This document shows, in pieces, positions 49,865-58,754 of a stretch of DNA of 64,000 nucleotides. This DNA is from a plasmid. The notes beneath the pieces are model-generated. The model saw only the letters and a program-made list of their open reading frames with translations, searched no databases and was not told the origin of the DNA. The stretch lies in sequence record NZ_CP040051.1; one strand, written 5' to 3'. Each line of letters starts with the position of its first letter. The first letter of the stretch is position 1. Both the position numbers and the translations under genes were made by a program.

Positions 49865-50191
49865 ATGAATATGTCAAACGAATATAAACCAATGCTTATC
49901 AAGCACAATAAGTCACAGCCACGTATTAAAAGTATCGAGGACAGGGTATTTCAAGTCTTTGGCATTTTTGCGCTAATTGCTTTTGGGTTAACAACGTGGG
50001 ACCTCTTTGCCGCTGGGGAGCTCTCAGTTCTAAGTTTTAATATGACTTCTGAGGAAATACATCAGTTATCTGAAGCGTTTATGGAAGCGCTCTTTTCCCG
50101 TGTATTTATGTTGGTCATTTTTATTTTCTTCGGTGGTTTTGCTCTACTTAATTTAATCAAACTTATTCAATTGTTTGATTCTGGCAAATAA
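49865..50191 (+). CDS. small membrane protein
   Basis: Two TM helices ('VFGIFALIAFGLTTW', 'VFMLVIFIFFGGFALLNLI'). Confidence 0.3.
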   Translation: MNMSNEYKPMLIKHNKSQPRIKSIEDRVFQVFGIFALIAFGLTTWDLFAAGELSVLSFNMTSEEIHQLSEAFMEALFSRVFMLVIFIFFGGFALLNLIKLIQLFDSGK

Positions 50192-50262
50192 ATTACGGCG
50201 GCGAATTCCGGCCACGTAAAAGTACAGTAATCGGCGTACCAATTTCGACTACGAAAATATTA
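50191..50262 (+). repeat. intergenic repeat unit R3 (two degenerate copies, ending CGAAAATATTAAG)
   Basis: 'attacggcggcgaattccggccacgtaaaagtacagtaatcggcgtaccaatttcgactacgaaaatattaag'. Confidence 0.45.
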
Positions 50263-50269
50263 AGAGGAT

Positions 50270-50641
50270 TTGAAAATGTTTAAAAGTGAACATGTGGTGA
50301 AAGAGCAAGATTTAGATAAGCTAATTAAAGAAAATCCCTATACTCAAAAAATAGTCCAGCATTTGAAAGATTTTGAAAACATTGAAATAGGGATTGTCTT
50401 ATTTATGGGTTTACCAGTTGCTGACCACGATTCCATAAATAAGCTACATCTTAAGTTGCATGGATATATTGAATGTTTATTGGAAAATGAGATGTGTACG
50501 CAATCACAGTGCAATCTATTGAAAGCGTCATTAGATGAAATTCATTTTAACAAGGTAAAGCCACGTTCATCTTCAACACATTCAAACGACGTGTATATTA
50601 CGGATGAAGATGTGCGCCGTTCAGGTGAACTTGGTTTTTAA
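50270..50641 (+). CDS. hypothetical protein
   Basis: ORF with RBS 'agaggatttgaaa'. Confidence 0.35.
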   Translation: MKMFKSEHVVKEQDLDKLIKENPYTQKIVQHLKDFENIEIGIVLFMGLPVADHDSINKLHLKLHGYIECLLENEMCTQSQCNLLKASLDEIHFNKVKPRSSSTHSNDVYITDEDVRRSGELGF

Positions 50642-50648
50642 AGACATC

Positions 50649-50805
50649 ATACAGCGTAACCAATTCCGGCTACGGAAAAATACAGTAAACGGGCTTGGGT
50701 CCGGACACGGCGAATATTAAGTTTTCAGTTATGACAGATGAAAGGACTAATTCCGGAAGCGGAGGAATACAGTAAACGGAAATAGGTCCGTACACGGAAA
50801 CACAG
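50649..50805 (+). repeat. intergenic repeat cluster R4 (three units)
   Basis: 'atacagcgtaaccaattccggctacggaaaaa', 'atacagtaaacgggcttgggtccggacacggcgaatattaag', 'atacagtaaacggaaataggtccgtacacggaaacacag'. Confidence 0.5.
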
Positions 50806-50834
50806 CTTCAAACGCCGTGATAATTTAAAAATAG

Positions 50835-50858
50835 ACCAGCTTTAAAGCTGGTTTTTTT
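50835..50858 (+). terminator. rho-independent terminator at the end of the small-gene array
   Basis: ACCAGC-TTTAAA-GCTGGT stem-loop followed by TTTTTT. Confidence 0.55.
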
Positions 50859-51010
50859 GTGCAAGCTATTTATAATTAGAAACTATAAATTTTTTAAAAC
50901 TAAAAAGTTTTCTGAAATATTTTTATTTTCTTAGGTAATTTTAAAAAAAAGATATTGCATATTTTTAAAAATACTAAGACAATAGCCACTATAAGCAACT
51001 GACACTAGAT

Positions 51011-51352
51011 GTGCAGTTTAATTCAAGCTCGTGCCTTAATAATGACGAGATGAGAACTATGAAAGAGTCACAACAACAAGACATTGAACTGTCTTCTTCT
51101 TCAGATGAATACAGTACGTGGGGGAATCCTCGCAATTCTCTGAATGTAGATGTTAGAACTAAAGAGTTCTATTCAAATCTGCTTACGCGCATTATCAACT
51201 TCAAGATTATTGTTCTTGTTGCTTTGACATTAGTTGTACTTGCACAAGTTGCCTATATCGCTGTTAAAAGAAATTTTGAACAGCTTGTTTTTGATGATGG
51301 TTCAAGTACTCCTTGTATTTATAACCCTCTAACTAAAACCTTTCGGCAATAA
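51011..51352 (+). CDS. small single-TM protein, IcmM/DotJ-like by position
   Basis: One TM ('IIVLVALTLVVLAQVAYIAV'). First gene of the plus-strand T4BSS block. The start is likely an internal Met. Confidence 0.3.
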   Translation: MQFNSSSCLNNDEMRTMKESQQQDIELSSSSDEYSTWGNPRNSLNVDVRTKEFYSNLLTRIINFKIIVLVALTLVVLAQVAYIAVKRNFEQLVFDDGSSTPCIYNPLTKTFRQ

Positions 51353-51369
51353 TAAGCAAGGAATAGGTA

Positions 51370-52086
51370 ATGTCTGAACAAAAGCAGAATCAGAACCCGA
51401 AAACTAAACCTCGTTTTCCAACTACACCAGAACAGGTTAATAGTGGGTTGGTCGAAATGGCCAAAAAGAATGATGAACTTGAAGACAAGATTAAAAGTCA
51501 ACGTCGTCAATTATTAGGCTGCATTATCGGTATTGGTGTGTTGGGTACAGCAGTTGCAGTACTTGGTGGCATTATTGGATTGATGCCAAAAGTCGAATAC
51601 TTTCAGACCGTCAATAATGAAGTAATTTGTAAAATCAATCCGAATGACAATCCTGCATTTACTGACGTAAATGTTGCTGAATTTGCTTCGGAAGGTTTGC
51701 TAAATGCCTATTCACTTGATTATCAAAATGCTGACGCTGATATCAATAACACTTTACGCCGTTACTTCACAGATCGTGGGCGTGAAAGCTTCATTACTAC
51801 ACTACGTCAATCAGGTTTGATTGACCAAATCCGTAACAATTTCTTAGTCCTTAGAACTTCTAAGCTGCAAACACCTGAAGTCGCTAAAAATAATGGCATT
51901 GATAGTCGTGGCAATCGATTCTGGATTGTTATGCAACCAGTTCGCATGGACTACTTCAACGGTAAATCTCAACCGGCTGATACTCGACAATATATGGCTG
52001 AAATTCGTGTTGAAGTTACGCCACGTGATGTCTATAACCCGAAAGGTTTAGGTATCGCCAGTATCGTTTTACGTGCAAAAAATTAA
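51370..52086 (+). CDS. icmL: bitopic inner-membrane protein, IcmL/DotI-like
   Basis: Single TM ('LLGCIIGIGVLGTAVAVLGGIIGL') followed by an approximately 170-aa periplasmic domain. Position is upstream of the icmK-like gene. Confidence 0.45.
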   Translation: MSEQKQNQNPKTKPRFPTTPEQVNSGLVEMAKKNDELEDKIKSQRRQLLGCIIGIGVLGTAVAVLGGIIGLMPKVEYFQTVNNEVICKINPNDNPAFTDVNVAEFASEGLLNAYSLDYQNADADINNTLRRYFTDRGRESFITTLRQSGLIDQIRNNFLVLRTSKLQTPEVAKNNGIDSRGNRFWIVMQPVRMDYFNGKSQPADTRQYMAEIRVEVTPRDVYNPKGLGIASIVLRAKN

Positions 52087-52103
52087 TTTAGGGAAGTCTC
52101 AAG

Positions 52104-53234
52104 ATGCAGCTAAAGTTTAAAAATCTTGCACTGAGTATGGCGCTAGTCGTTGCTGGTAGTTCTTATGCTGAACCAAGCCAACAACAATCAGGCCAGCAAC
52201 AGCAAGCTACGGCGCAGCAAACTGTGCCTTCTTCTCAACCACAGGGTAATAACCAATCTCAAGGGAATAACCAGCAACAAGGTCAACAGCAAGCCAATAA
52301 TCAACAGGCTCAAGCTGAAGCGCCTTCGTATATTGGAACACCTCCACCAAATACGATTAATTTAGGTAATGTTCAAACTTTTGGTAATTCGTTCCCACCA
52401 CCAGTACGTGTAGCGAAAACTAAAGATGAGATTGTTGCTGAAATTTTAAGTATGGAACTTACCCCGCAACAGGTTAAAAACATCAAGGATCTGCTCTTAC
52501 GTCAAGAGCGGGATGCTTCTACACCATATACGACAACGGCGCGACCAATTGTACGCTCTGTTCCAATTGATTTGAGCCCAGCAGCTCAACCGCCAGTCTT
52601 ACGGCTTTCTATGGGCATGTTAACCAGTATTGTTTTTAGCGATCTGAGTGGTAATCCGTGGGAAATTGAAAAAGTTACGTTCAACAAAGAACTGTTTGCA
52701 GACGACAGACCAGAACAAGGGCAGGGTCAAGGTGAAAAATCTGATATTTCATCTAAAAACACGAACATATTTTCAATTGAACCTCTTACCGCTACCGCTT
52801 ACGGAAACGTGACAGTACGTTTAAAAGGTTTATCAACACCAGTAATTTTCATTTTAGCCACTGGTCAAAATGAAGTGGATATGCGTATTGATGCGCGACT
52901 AGCTGGGCGTAGTCCAACATCTGTCAACTCTTCGTTACGCGCAAATATGAATGCCACTGGCGTTATGTCGAGTATTGATAGCCAGACACTACTATTTCTA
53001 GATGGTACGCCTCCAGTAGAAGCAGAACGCATTAGAACTTCAGATACAAGTGTTGAAGCTTGGAATTTTAACGGTCAATACATTGTTCGTAGTAACGATA
53101 CAGTGCTTTACCCAAGTTATAAATCAACAGCACGTTCAACAGGCGGCACAAGTATTTATGTCTATCCGGATCCTATTAATCAGGTAACGATTAGTAGAAA
53201 CGGACAACCGACTACAGTGTATTTTAATAATTAA
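52104..53234 (+). CDS. icmK: outer-membrane core component, IcmK/DotH-like (VirB9-like)
   Basis: Signal peptide, Q-rich linker, beta-rich C-terminal domain. 376 aa, against roughly 360 aa for DotH. Syntenic position. Confidence 0.5.
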   Translation: MQLKFKNLALSMALVVAGSSYAEPSQQQSGQQQQATAQQTVPSSQPQGNNQSQGNNQQQGQQQANNQQAQAEAPSYIGTPPPNTINLGNVQTFGNSFPPPVRVAKTKDEIVAEILSMELTPQQVKNIKDLLLRQERDASTPYTTTARPIVRSVPIDLSPAAQPPVLRLSMGMLTSIVFSDLSGNPWEIEKVTFNKELFADDRPEQGQGQGEKSDISSKNTNIFSIEPLTATAYGNVTVRLKGLSTPVIFILATGQNEVDMRIDARLAGRSPTSVNSSLRANMNATGVMSSIDSQTLLFLDGTPPVEAERIRTSDTSVEAWNFNGQYIVRSNDTVLYPSYKSTARSTGGTSIYVYPDPINQVTISRNGQPTTVYFNN

Positions 53235-53242
53235 GGTGTGCT

Positions 53243-54874
53243 ATGAGTGCTGAAAATAATACAAATAAACCAGATGACATCCAGTCTTCGCAAGAGCAAT
53301 TCACTGGTCAAAATGAAGCGACTCACTCGACTCATAATTCCGATCCTGAACGCAGGGATCCATTGACGCCTGAATATGAGACGTTTGAAGAAAATCAGAC
53401 AGCAACTTGGATACCAAGAAATGATGCAGATAATCGCATCAATATGAAATTTGGTGATAAGTTCAAGCTCTACTGGCGTGAAAACGGTGTGTTCCGTTTT
53501 ATCATCATAACTGTTGGTGCAGTAATTCTTCTTATCCTATTTTTCCTCATGAAGTTCATCTTCAGACAGGATGCGCCGGAACAAATTAATCCGGCAAATA
53601 TTAAGATGGATGCTCCGCAAAGCAATACTAAGCAAGCGGAATATGTATCACAAGAGCAATATACAGCTATACGTAAACAAGAAGAAATTCTTGCAAGACA
53701 GGCGGCGGCTAAAGGCGAAAGCTATACACCACGTAATCTTGTTATTGCTCCAACAGATGCTCAAGGTCAAGTGGTATTACCTTCAACATCTAATGCTCAA
53801 TACGGCGCTATGAACCCGCAACAAGCTGGTTTAATGAATAGTACTGGCCAATTAACTTATGCAAATCCAGCAGTGGCAGGACAACAAGGTCAGATGCAAC
53901 AGCAGGGAATGCAGCAAGGCCAACCGCAACCTCAATACATACCAGTTCAAACACAAGATTACGTAAGTGATGTTGCTGCGAATTATGAGCAAAATAACAA
54001 TCAATTTGCGAACTGGTTTGATGAAGAAAGTCAACGCCAAATCACTGCAAATAAAGAGCAAGAACAAACAATTAACAGTTTTGTTCTTAAACAGATTGGT
54101 CAGATCACGGGTGCTGAGTTTGACGCTAACGGAAATATGATTCCGAAGAGCAAAGACAAAAAAACTAAAGCCGGTTCATACGCACAAAAAACCTATTACA
54201 CGGCGCCAGCAAGCGCAGACAATTCCGGAAACGGAAGTAATACAGGTAACAGTGCAAACAATGCTCAGGATGCTTCGCCGTTTTCCGCTAACGGAAATAA
54301 TCCAGTAAACGGTAAAAAGTCCGGAACCGGAAAAGTGTTGATTCCAGCCGGAACTCGTTCAATTGCTCGTTTATTGGGTGAAGTGAATACAGATGACGGC
54401 AACCAAGTCTTTGCACAAGTTACCAATGGCCCATTAAAAGGCCGCAAAGTGTTTGGAACAGTTTCTAAGTCAAATGACAATATTCAATTCAAAATTGATC
54501 GTGTCTTGAGTGATGGTAAGAACAAAGAATTTTCTATCGACGCCGTGGGTCAAACGTTGCAAGGCTCATATGGAATGGCGACATATATCAAACGCCATAC
54601 TTTACAGCGTTATGGTGCATTAATCGCAAGTGGTATTGCACAAGGTTACGGTCAGGCATATAGCCAAGCTTATGGCCAACAAACTTATACAAGTGGTGCA
54701 ACAGTGATTGAGACTAAGGATCCATCTGGTGAGCGTATTGCCGGAAACATCATTGGTCAAGTTGGCCAAAATGCAAGTCAGGAAATTCAGCAAATCGGGC
54801 GTAAACAAGTGACATATATCACTCCAGTCGGCACCGTTTTCTACATTTTCTTTAACCAAGATGTGACTGAATAA
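53243..54874 (+). CDS. icmE: IcmE/DotG-like (TraO/VirB10-like) core complex protein
   Basis: Cytoplasmic N-terminus, TM ('FRFIIITVGAVILLILFFLMKFIF'), Pro/Gln-rich spacer, C-terminal VirB10-like beta domain ('VLIPAGTRSIARLLGEVNTDDGNQVFAQV'). Confidence 0.5.
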   Translation: MSAENNTNKPDDIQSSQEQFTGQNEATHSTHNSDPERRDPLTPEYETFEENQTATWIPRNDADNRINMKFGDKFKLYWRENGVFRFIIITVGAVILLILFFLMKFIFRQDAPEQINPANIKMDAPQSNTKQAEYVSQEQYTAIRKQEEILARQAAAKGESYTPRNLVIAPTDAQGQVVLPSTSNAQYGAMNPQQAGLMNSTGQLTYANPAVAGQQGQMQQQGMQQGQPQPQYIPVQTQDYVSDVAANYEQNNNQFANWFDEESQRQITANKEQEQTINSFVLKQIGQITGAEFDANGNMIPKSKDKKTKAGSYAQKTYYTAPASADNSGNGSNTGNSANNAQDASPFSANGNNPVNGKKSGTGKVLIPAGTRSIARLLGEVNTDDGNQVFAQVTNGPLKGRKVFGTVSKSNDNIQFKIDRVLSDGKNKEFSIDAVGQTLQGSYGMATYIKRHTLQRYGALIASGIAQGYGQAYSQAYGQQTYTSGATVIETKDPSGERIAGNIIGQVGQNASQEIQQIGRKQVTYITPVGTVFYIFFNQDVTE

Positions 54875-54883
54875 CAATCGAAT

Positions 54884-55753
54884 TTGGAGAAATTAAAAAT
54901 GTCAAACGAACCACAACAACCTAATTATGATGACGATTTTGACTATCAGACACAGGCACAACAACCAGTTGATTCGACTGATAGACGTAATAAGTTCATT
55001 TTAATTGGCGCAGTTATCTTCGCTATTTGTGTTCTTACGTTCATGTTTATTTCAACAAAAATGAAAAAAGCACCACCGAAAGATCAAACTATTGAAGCTC
55101 CAGCTCCAGATCAAACGGCATATCAACCACCGCCACAACCAGTGCAAATGCAGCCACAACAACCGGTTGGATATTCGCAAAATTCAATGGTGGCCGTGCC
55201 AGAAACGATGCCAAAGTCTACTGATCCAGTGAACGGTACAGTGATGGTTAAAGATATGACTGGTAAAGACGTTGATGCTTATTCCGTGGACGGACAAAAC
55301 GCCATTATTCAATTCAACAATGCTAATGGTTTACAGCCGATCCCATTGAATATGCCAGCTCCAGTAGCGCCAAATATCAATAATCAGGCGAATAATTTTA
55401 ATGAGCAACGTGTGATTACGTTAGAGCAAGAAAATTCACAGCTCAAGGCTCAAAACAATTCACTACGTACATTGGCCCAAGATCAGCAACTTAAAATTGG
55501 ACAGTATCAAGCATTGATTAAAAATGCACGCGCAAACAACGGCGCAAATATTGTGCAATTACGTGAAACTAAAAAAGGTGTTGCTTTGAATAAAGCATTA
55601 CCACGTGGACAAGAAGTAGTAGCGACTGTAGGCAATCGTGTTTGGTTATCTGACGGTAAGCAATATAACTCATATGGAGTAGGCCAACGTCTACCAACGG
55701 GTTATCGCGTTCTTGATGTAAATGAAATGGCTGGCGAAGCTTCATTTAAGTAA
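54884..55753 (+). CDS. icmG: IcmG/DotF-like bitopic protein
   Basis: TM ('FILIGAVIFAICVLTFMFI'), Pro/Gln-rich region, coiled-coil 'QENSQLKAQNNSLRTLAQDQQLKIGQYQAL'. Position follows icmE. Confidence 0.45.
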   Translation: MEKLKMSNEPQQPNYDDDFDYQTQAQQPVDSTDRRNKFILIGAVIFAICVLTFMFISTKMKKAPPKDQTIEAPAPDQTAYQPPPQPVQMQPQQPVGYSQNSMVAVPETMPKSTDPVNGTVMVKDMTGKDVDAYSVDGQNAIIQFNNANGLQPIPLNMPAPVAPNINNQANNFNEQRVITLEQENSQLKAQNNSLRTLAQDQQLKIGQYQALIKNARANNGANIVQLRETKKGVALNKALPRGQEVVATVGNRVWLSDGKQYNSYGVGQRLPTGYRVLDVNEMAGEASFK

Positions 55754-55791
55754 CAAAGCTACAAACTAGACCAAGATTATAGGGGGCGCGC

Positions 55792-56370
55792 ATGGAAACT
55801 ATAGATATTTTGCAAAATATGGGTTTCTTCTTCGTAGCAGCTACCGAATTGCTTCGATACTTCTTTGTAGTGTCTGGTTTTTACATATTTCTTCATGCGC
55901 TGGTTGATTTTGTTCAAATTTCACAACCAGCTTTAGCAGGACGATTTATGACTCAAATACGCCGACCAAGCGCATTTGGGGCATCGATGAAACTTATTAT
56001 CGCAGCGTTTCTTTGTACGTTGGGTTTAAGACTTCAGTTGCTAGACATCGTTGGGTCACTCATTAGTGACACAACACCAGCAGGGGTAACTTATTACGAT
56101 TACACACAGTACACAGGCAGCTCTTATACAGACGAGCTCAACTTAGCAGTATTGGTAATCATCGGGGTTTTACAATTTTTTGGATTATTAGCCATTGGTC
56201 GTGGTCTATGGATCTGGCGCGATAATGCTGACGGCATTGCCAAATTATCTGTAGGTCAAGGAACAATGTTCATGATAGGAGGAATGTTAGCTTATAAAGT
56301 TGAAGTTGTGCACGCATTTTTAGCGTCGTGGTTTGGCTTAGACTTTTTCAAAATCATAGGCTTAACCTAG
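55792..56370 (+). CDS. icmC: multi-TM inner-membrane protein, IcmC/DotE-like by size (192 aa) and position
   Basis: Four hydrophobic segments. The synteny icmG-icmC-icmD matches Legionellales. Confidence 0.4.
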   Translation: METIDILQNMGFFFVAATELLRYFFVVSGFYIFLHALVDFVQISQPALAGRFMTQIRRPSAFGASMKLIIAAFLCTLGLRLQLLDIVGSLISDTTPAGVTYYDYTQYTGSSYTDELNLAVLVIIGVLQFFGLLAIGRGLWIWRDNADGIAKLSVGQGTMFMIGGMLAYKVEVVHAFLASWFGLDFFKIIGLT

Positions 56371-56474
56371 AAATGAATATTAATTTTTTTAACATCTGAG
56401 CTGGTAGATCCACTCAGTCCAAAACCAACTCCTAGCCAATTTCGGCGGAAAAAGGAAAGAAGGAAAAATTTTTT

Positions 56475-56894
56475 ATGAGCAAAATCAATAACTTACAGAA
56501 AGTAAAAAACGTTGGTCAAGATATCTATGCACAACTTGGCGTTGCTTTCACTATGGGTTCATTAGGTATTACTAATGCGATTGCGGCTCCAGATACTACC
56601 AATCTAACTGGTGGTAATCGTCAGGGACAAGCAACAGGTGGTGACTCTGTGGGTGACATCCGTGATCGTGGTATTAACGCAATGGATGCATTCATGTCAT
56701 TCCTTCAATATGCGGGAATGTTAGTTGGTTTCATCGTTTTCGTAATGGGTGTTATCGACTTCTTAAATATCGGTAAGCCGGGTAAAGATGCCACTGCTGG
56801 TAAAGCTGGATTGAAGCTCTTGATTGGTGCTGTTTTAGCGGGTGCTGGTTACTTCTACTGGTCTGCTGCGAACTCTGCCTCTGGCAACGTCTAA
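56475..56894 (+). CDS. icmD: small two-TM Gly-rich membrane protein, IcmD/DotP-like or VirB2/pilin-like
   Basis: 139 aa; 'MLVGFIVFVMGVIDFL' and 'LKLLIGAVLAGAGYFYW'. Strong RBS 'aaaggaaagaaggaaaaa'. Confidence 0.4.
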   Translation: MSKINNLQKVKNVGQDIYAQLGVAFTMGSLGITNAIAAPDTTNLTGGNRQGQATGGDSVGDIRDRGINAMDAFMSFLQYAGMLVGFIVFVMGVIDFLNIGKPGKDATAGKAGLKLLIGAVLAGAGYFYWSAANSASGNV

Positions 56895-56911
56895 GCGCGT
56901 TTAAGAGGTAT

Positions 56912-56939
56912 TGTAGGGAGAGCTCCGGCTTTCCCTACA
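56912..56939 (+). other. stem-loop downstream of the pilin-like gene (8-bp arms TGTAGGGA/TCCCTACA, no U-tract)
   Basis: Inverted repeat seen directly; may act as an mRNA-stabilising or attenuating hairpin. Confidence 0.3.
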
Positions 56940-56972
56940 GCTTAATTTAAATATGCGATTAAGGGGATTATC

Positions 56973-57731
56973 ATGATAAACAAAAGCATTCAACTCGATA
57001 CCATAGGTGATACTGAGAAGTTTTTACATGCTTTAAAAATTGATTCTTCTTCCTTTTTCAAAAAGCATGACCATCGTTGCTATTTTTGTGATTTTCGGGA
57101 TCTTCGTTTTCTTGAGGTCCACCATCTAGATGGAAATCACAACAATAATAATGAGTCGAATCTTGTGCCGGCTTGTACTTTATGTCATCGAGCGCATCAT
57201 TTAGCTTGGGTGCTAACAGATCGTTCGGGGTTGTTAGGTATATGTCATGAGTTGGACCAGATCAGAATTAATCATCTACAACGTTTTGTTCTCGTTTTAG
57301 CTAACCATCCGGATCCTAAGCTGAAGGCATTTTTTATCAAGGGTGGGATGTTCCAGACCGTACTTGATAATATTGCAATGGAGTATTACCGTCCGGATGT
57401 TGATGAGAAGACGATTCGTGAAAGTATCGATTCTGAATTCCCTCAAGCAACGATTGATTTAAAAGAATCACTCTTTACTGACCGTATTAATGCAATTTAT
57501 GTGAGACAGTCTCTATCATCAAATGATGGGTTAGAACGCCTCATTTATGCAATTAATGAGGTTAAGCAGAGTAATAAGACGATAGCGCCGAATGCGTTTT
57601 TCCCGTTTGTTCTGTTATATAACCAAAATATCTTTTCTAAAGAGCAAATTGATTATTACCTTTCATTAGATGAGTTTAATCCGGAGAAGTGGACTCAGCT
57701 TTTTGAAGAACAACTTCTTAAAGCCGGTTAA
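56973..57731 (+). CDS. icmJ: Cys-rich (zinc-binding) cytoplasmic protein, IcmJ/DotN-like by position; the motif is also HNH-like
   Basis: 'CYFCDFRD...VHHLDGNHNNNNESNLVPACTLCHRAHH' (C2-C2/HNH-like cluster). Sits directly upstream of the icmB-like block. Confidence 0.35.
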   Translation: MINKSIQLDTIGDTEKFLHALKIDSSSFFKKHDHRCYFCDFRDLRFLEVHHLDGNHNNNNESNLVPACTLCHRAHHLAWVLTDRSGLLGICHELDQIRINHLQRFVLVLANHPDPKLKAFFIKGGMFQTVLDNIAMEYYRPDVDEKTIRESIDSEFPQATIDLKESLFTDRINAIYVRQSLSSNDGLERLIYAINEVKQSNKTIAPNAFFPFVLLYNQNIFSKEQIDYYLSLDEFNPEKWTQLFEEQLLKAG

Positions 57732-58750
57732 TGGAGGTCATTATGATTGAAAGTAACCTAAATCCATTTCTGTTTAGAGCTCTGCCAAATATAGAGCATG
57801 CTTGTATTGGTAACGCTTACGATTTAATGGCCAATCAATTCGAACAAGCGCCTATAAATGTTCAAGAATGGTTTCACTTGCATACCGGCTTTATAGATAC
57901 CGGATTAGAGCTTACTGACGATGTTGAGACGGCTTTTGTAACGATACTATCGAACCAAGTAGTACGTTTACTGGAGCAAACACGATTGCCTTTATTCAGT
58001 ACTCCGGATCCTGAATTAGAACCATTTATTGCCGATAGTATGGATGATGAGCTCTGTCTGGTATCTATTTCACTAGAAAATTTGACGGCGCAACAAATCA
58101 AGATTCGTACTTTATTAGGTTTTGGTCCTCAACTAGTTATATTGAAGTCAAATAGTGATTTTTTTGACATGCATGGGTTCGAGTTGGTAGTAACTGATTC
58201 TTTCCCTTGTACTTCATTTCGATTGTTTATTGAGTCAAGTAAGCGGAATTTACTATCTACATTCAACAAAACTTTTATGCTTCAGCAAAACACTATTGCA
58301 AATGAACTTTTAAATGGTCCAGCAATCTATAGTGATTTATTTAAGCAAGCATTACGTCAACAAATCTGTTCAAAGCTATGTGCTGAAGATGATTTGGAAA
58401 TATCAGTACATGACAAGGAACTTTGTGATGATGCTGGAAATTTATATTTTCATATTGGCTTTAATCAGACATTTAAGCATCAGTTTTTTCATTTAGTTTC
58501 TAAAAATATTCTTATTTCTCCTTTTCATATCGAACGTCTAATTGGCGAAGGAAACGAACTTCTTGAAACACCGGCTGCTGCTCAATCGAATTTAGAAAGT
58601 TTAGTTACATTCATGTTGGTGTACATGGCCATATATGAAAAAGAGGCTCTAGATTCAATCAATTCAACAAATATTAATGATGATGATGTTCTAAATATGA
58701 TTATGTCTAAATTGGAACAACATTCTAATAATTACCCAAGTTTTAGTTAA
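57731..58750 (+). CDS. hypothetical cytoplasmic protein (T4BSS-associated); the likely start is the ATG at 57743, after GGAGG
   Basis: ORF between the icmJ-like and icmB-like genes. RBS 'ggagg' at 57733..57737. Confidence 0.4.
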   Translation: MEVIMIESNLNPFLFRALPNIEHACIGNAYDLMANQFEQAPINVQEWFHLHTGFIDTGLELTDDVETAFVTILSNQVVRLLEQTRLPLFSTPDPELEPFIADSMDDELCLVSISLENLTAQQIKIRTLLGFGPQLVILKSNSDFFDMHGFELVVTDSFPCTSFRLFIESSKRNLLSTFNKTFMLQQNTIANELLNGPAIYSDLFKQALRQQICSKLCAEDDLEISVHDKELCDDAGNLYFHIGFNQTFKHQFFHLVSKNILISPFHIERLIGEGNELLETPAAAQSNLESLVTFMLVYMAIYEKEALDSINSTNINDDDVLNMIMSKLEQHSNNYPSFS

Positions 58751-58754
58751 AAAG

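Noticed and set aside
48951-50805. The intergenic repeats considered as integron attC sites.
   Set aside because: They lack the attC R''(RYYYAAC)...R'(GTTRRRY) cores, and the recombinase is co-directional with the array. They are kept as a separate, unclassified repeat family.
56973-57731. An HNH endonuclease call for the Cys/His-rich protein.
   Set aside because: The motif spacing is HNH-like. Position directly upstream of the icmB-like gene, in a conserved icmD-icmJ-icmB order, favours a DotN/IcmJ-type zinc-binding T4BSS component. This remains ambiguous without a profile search.
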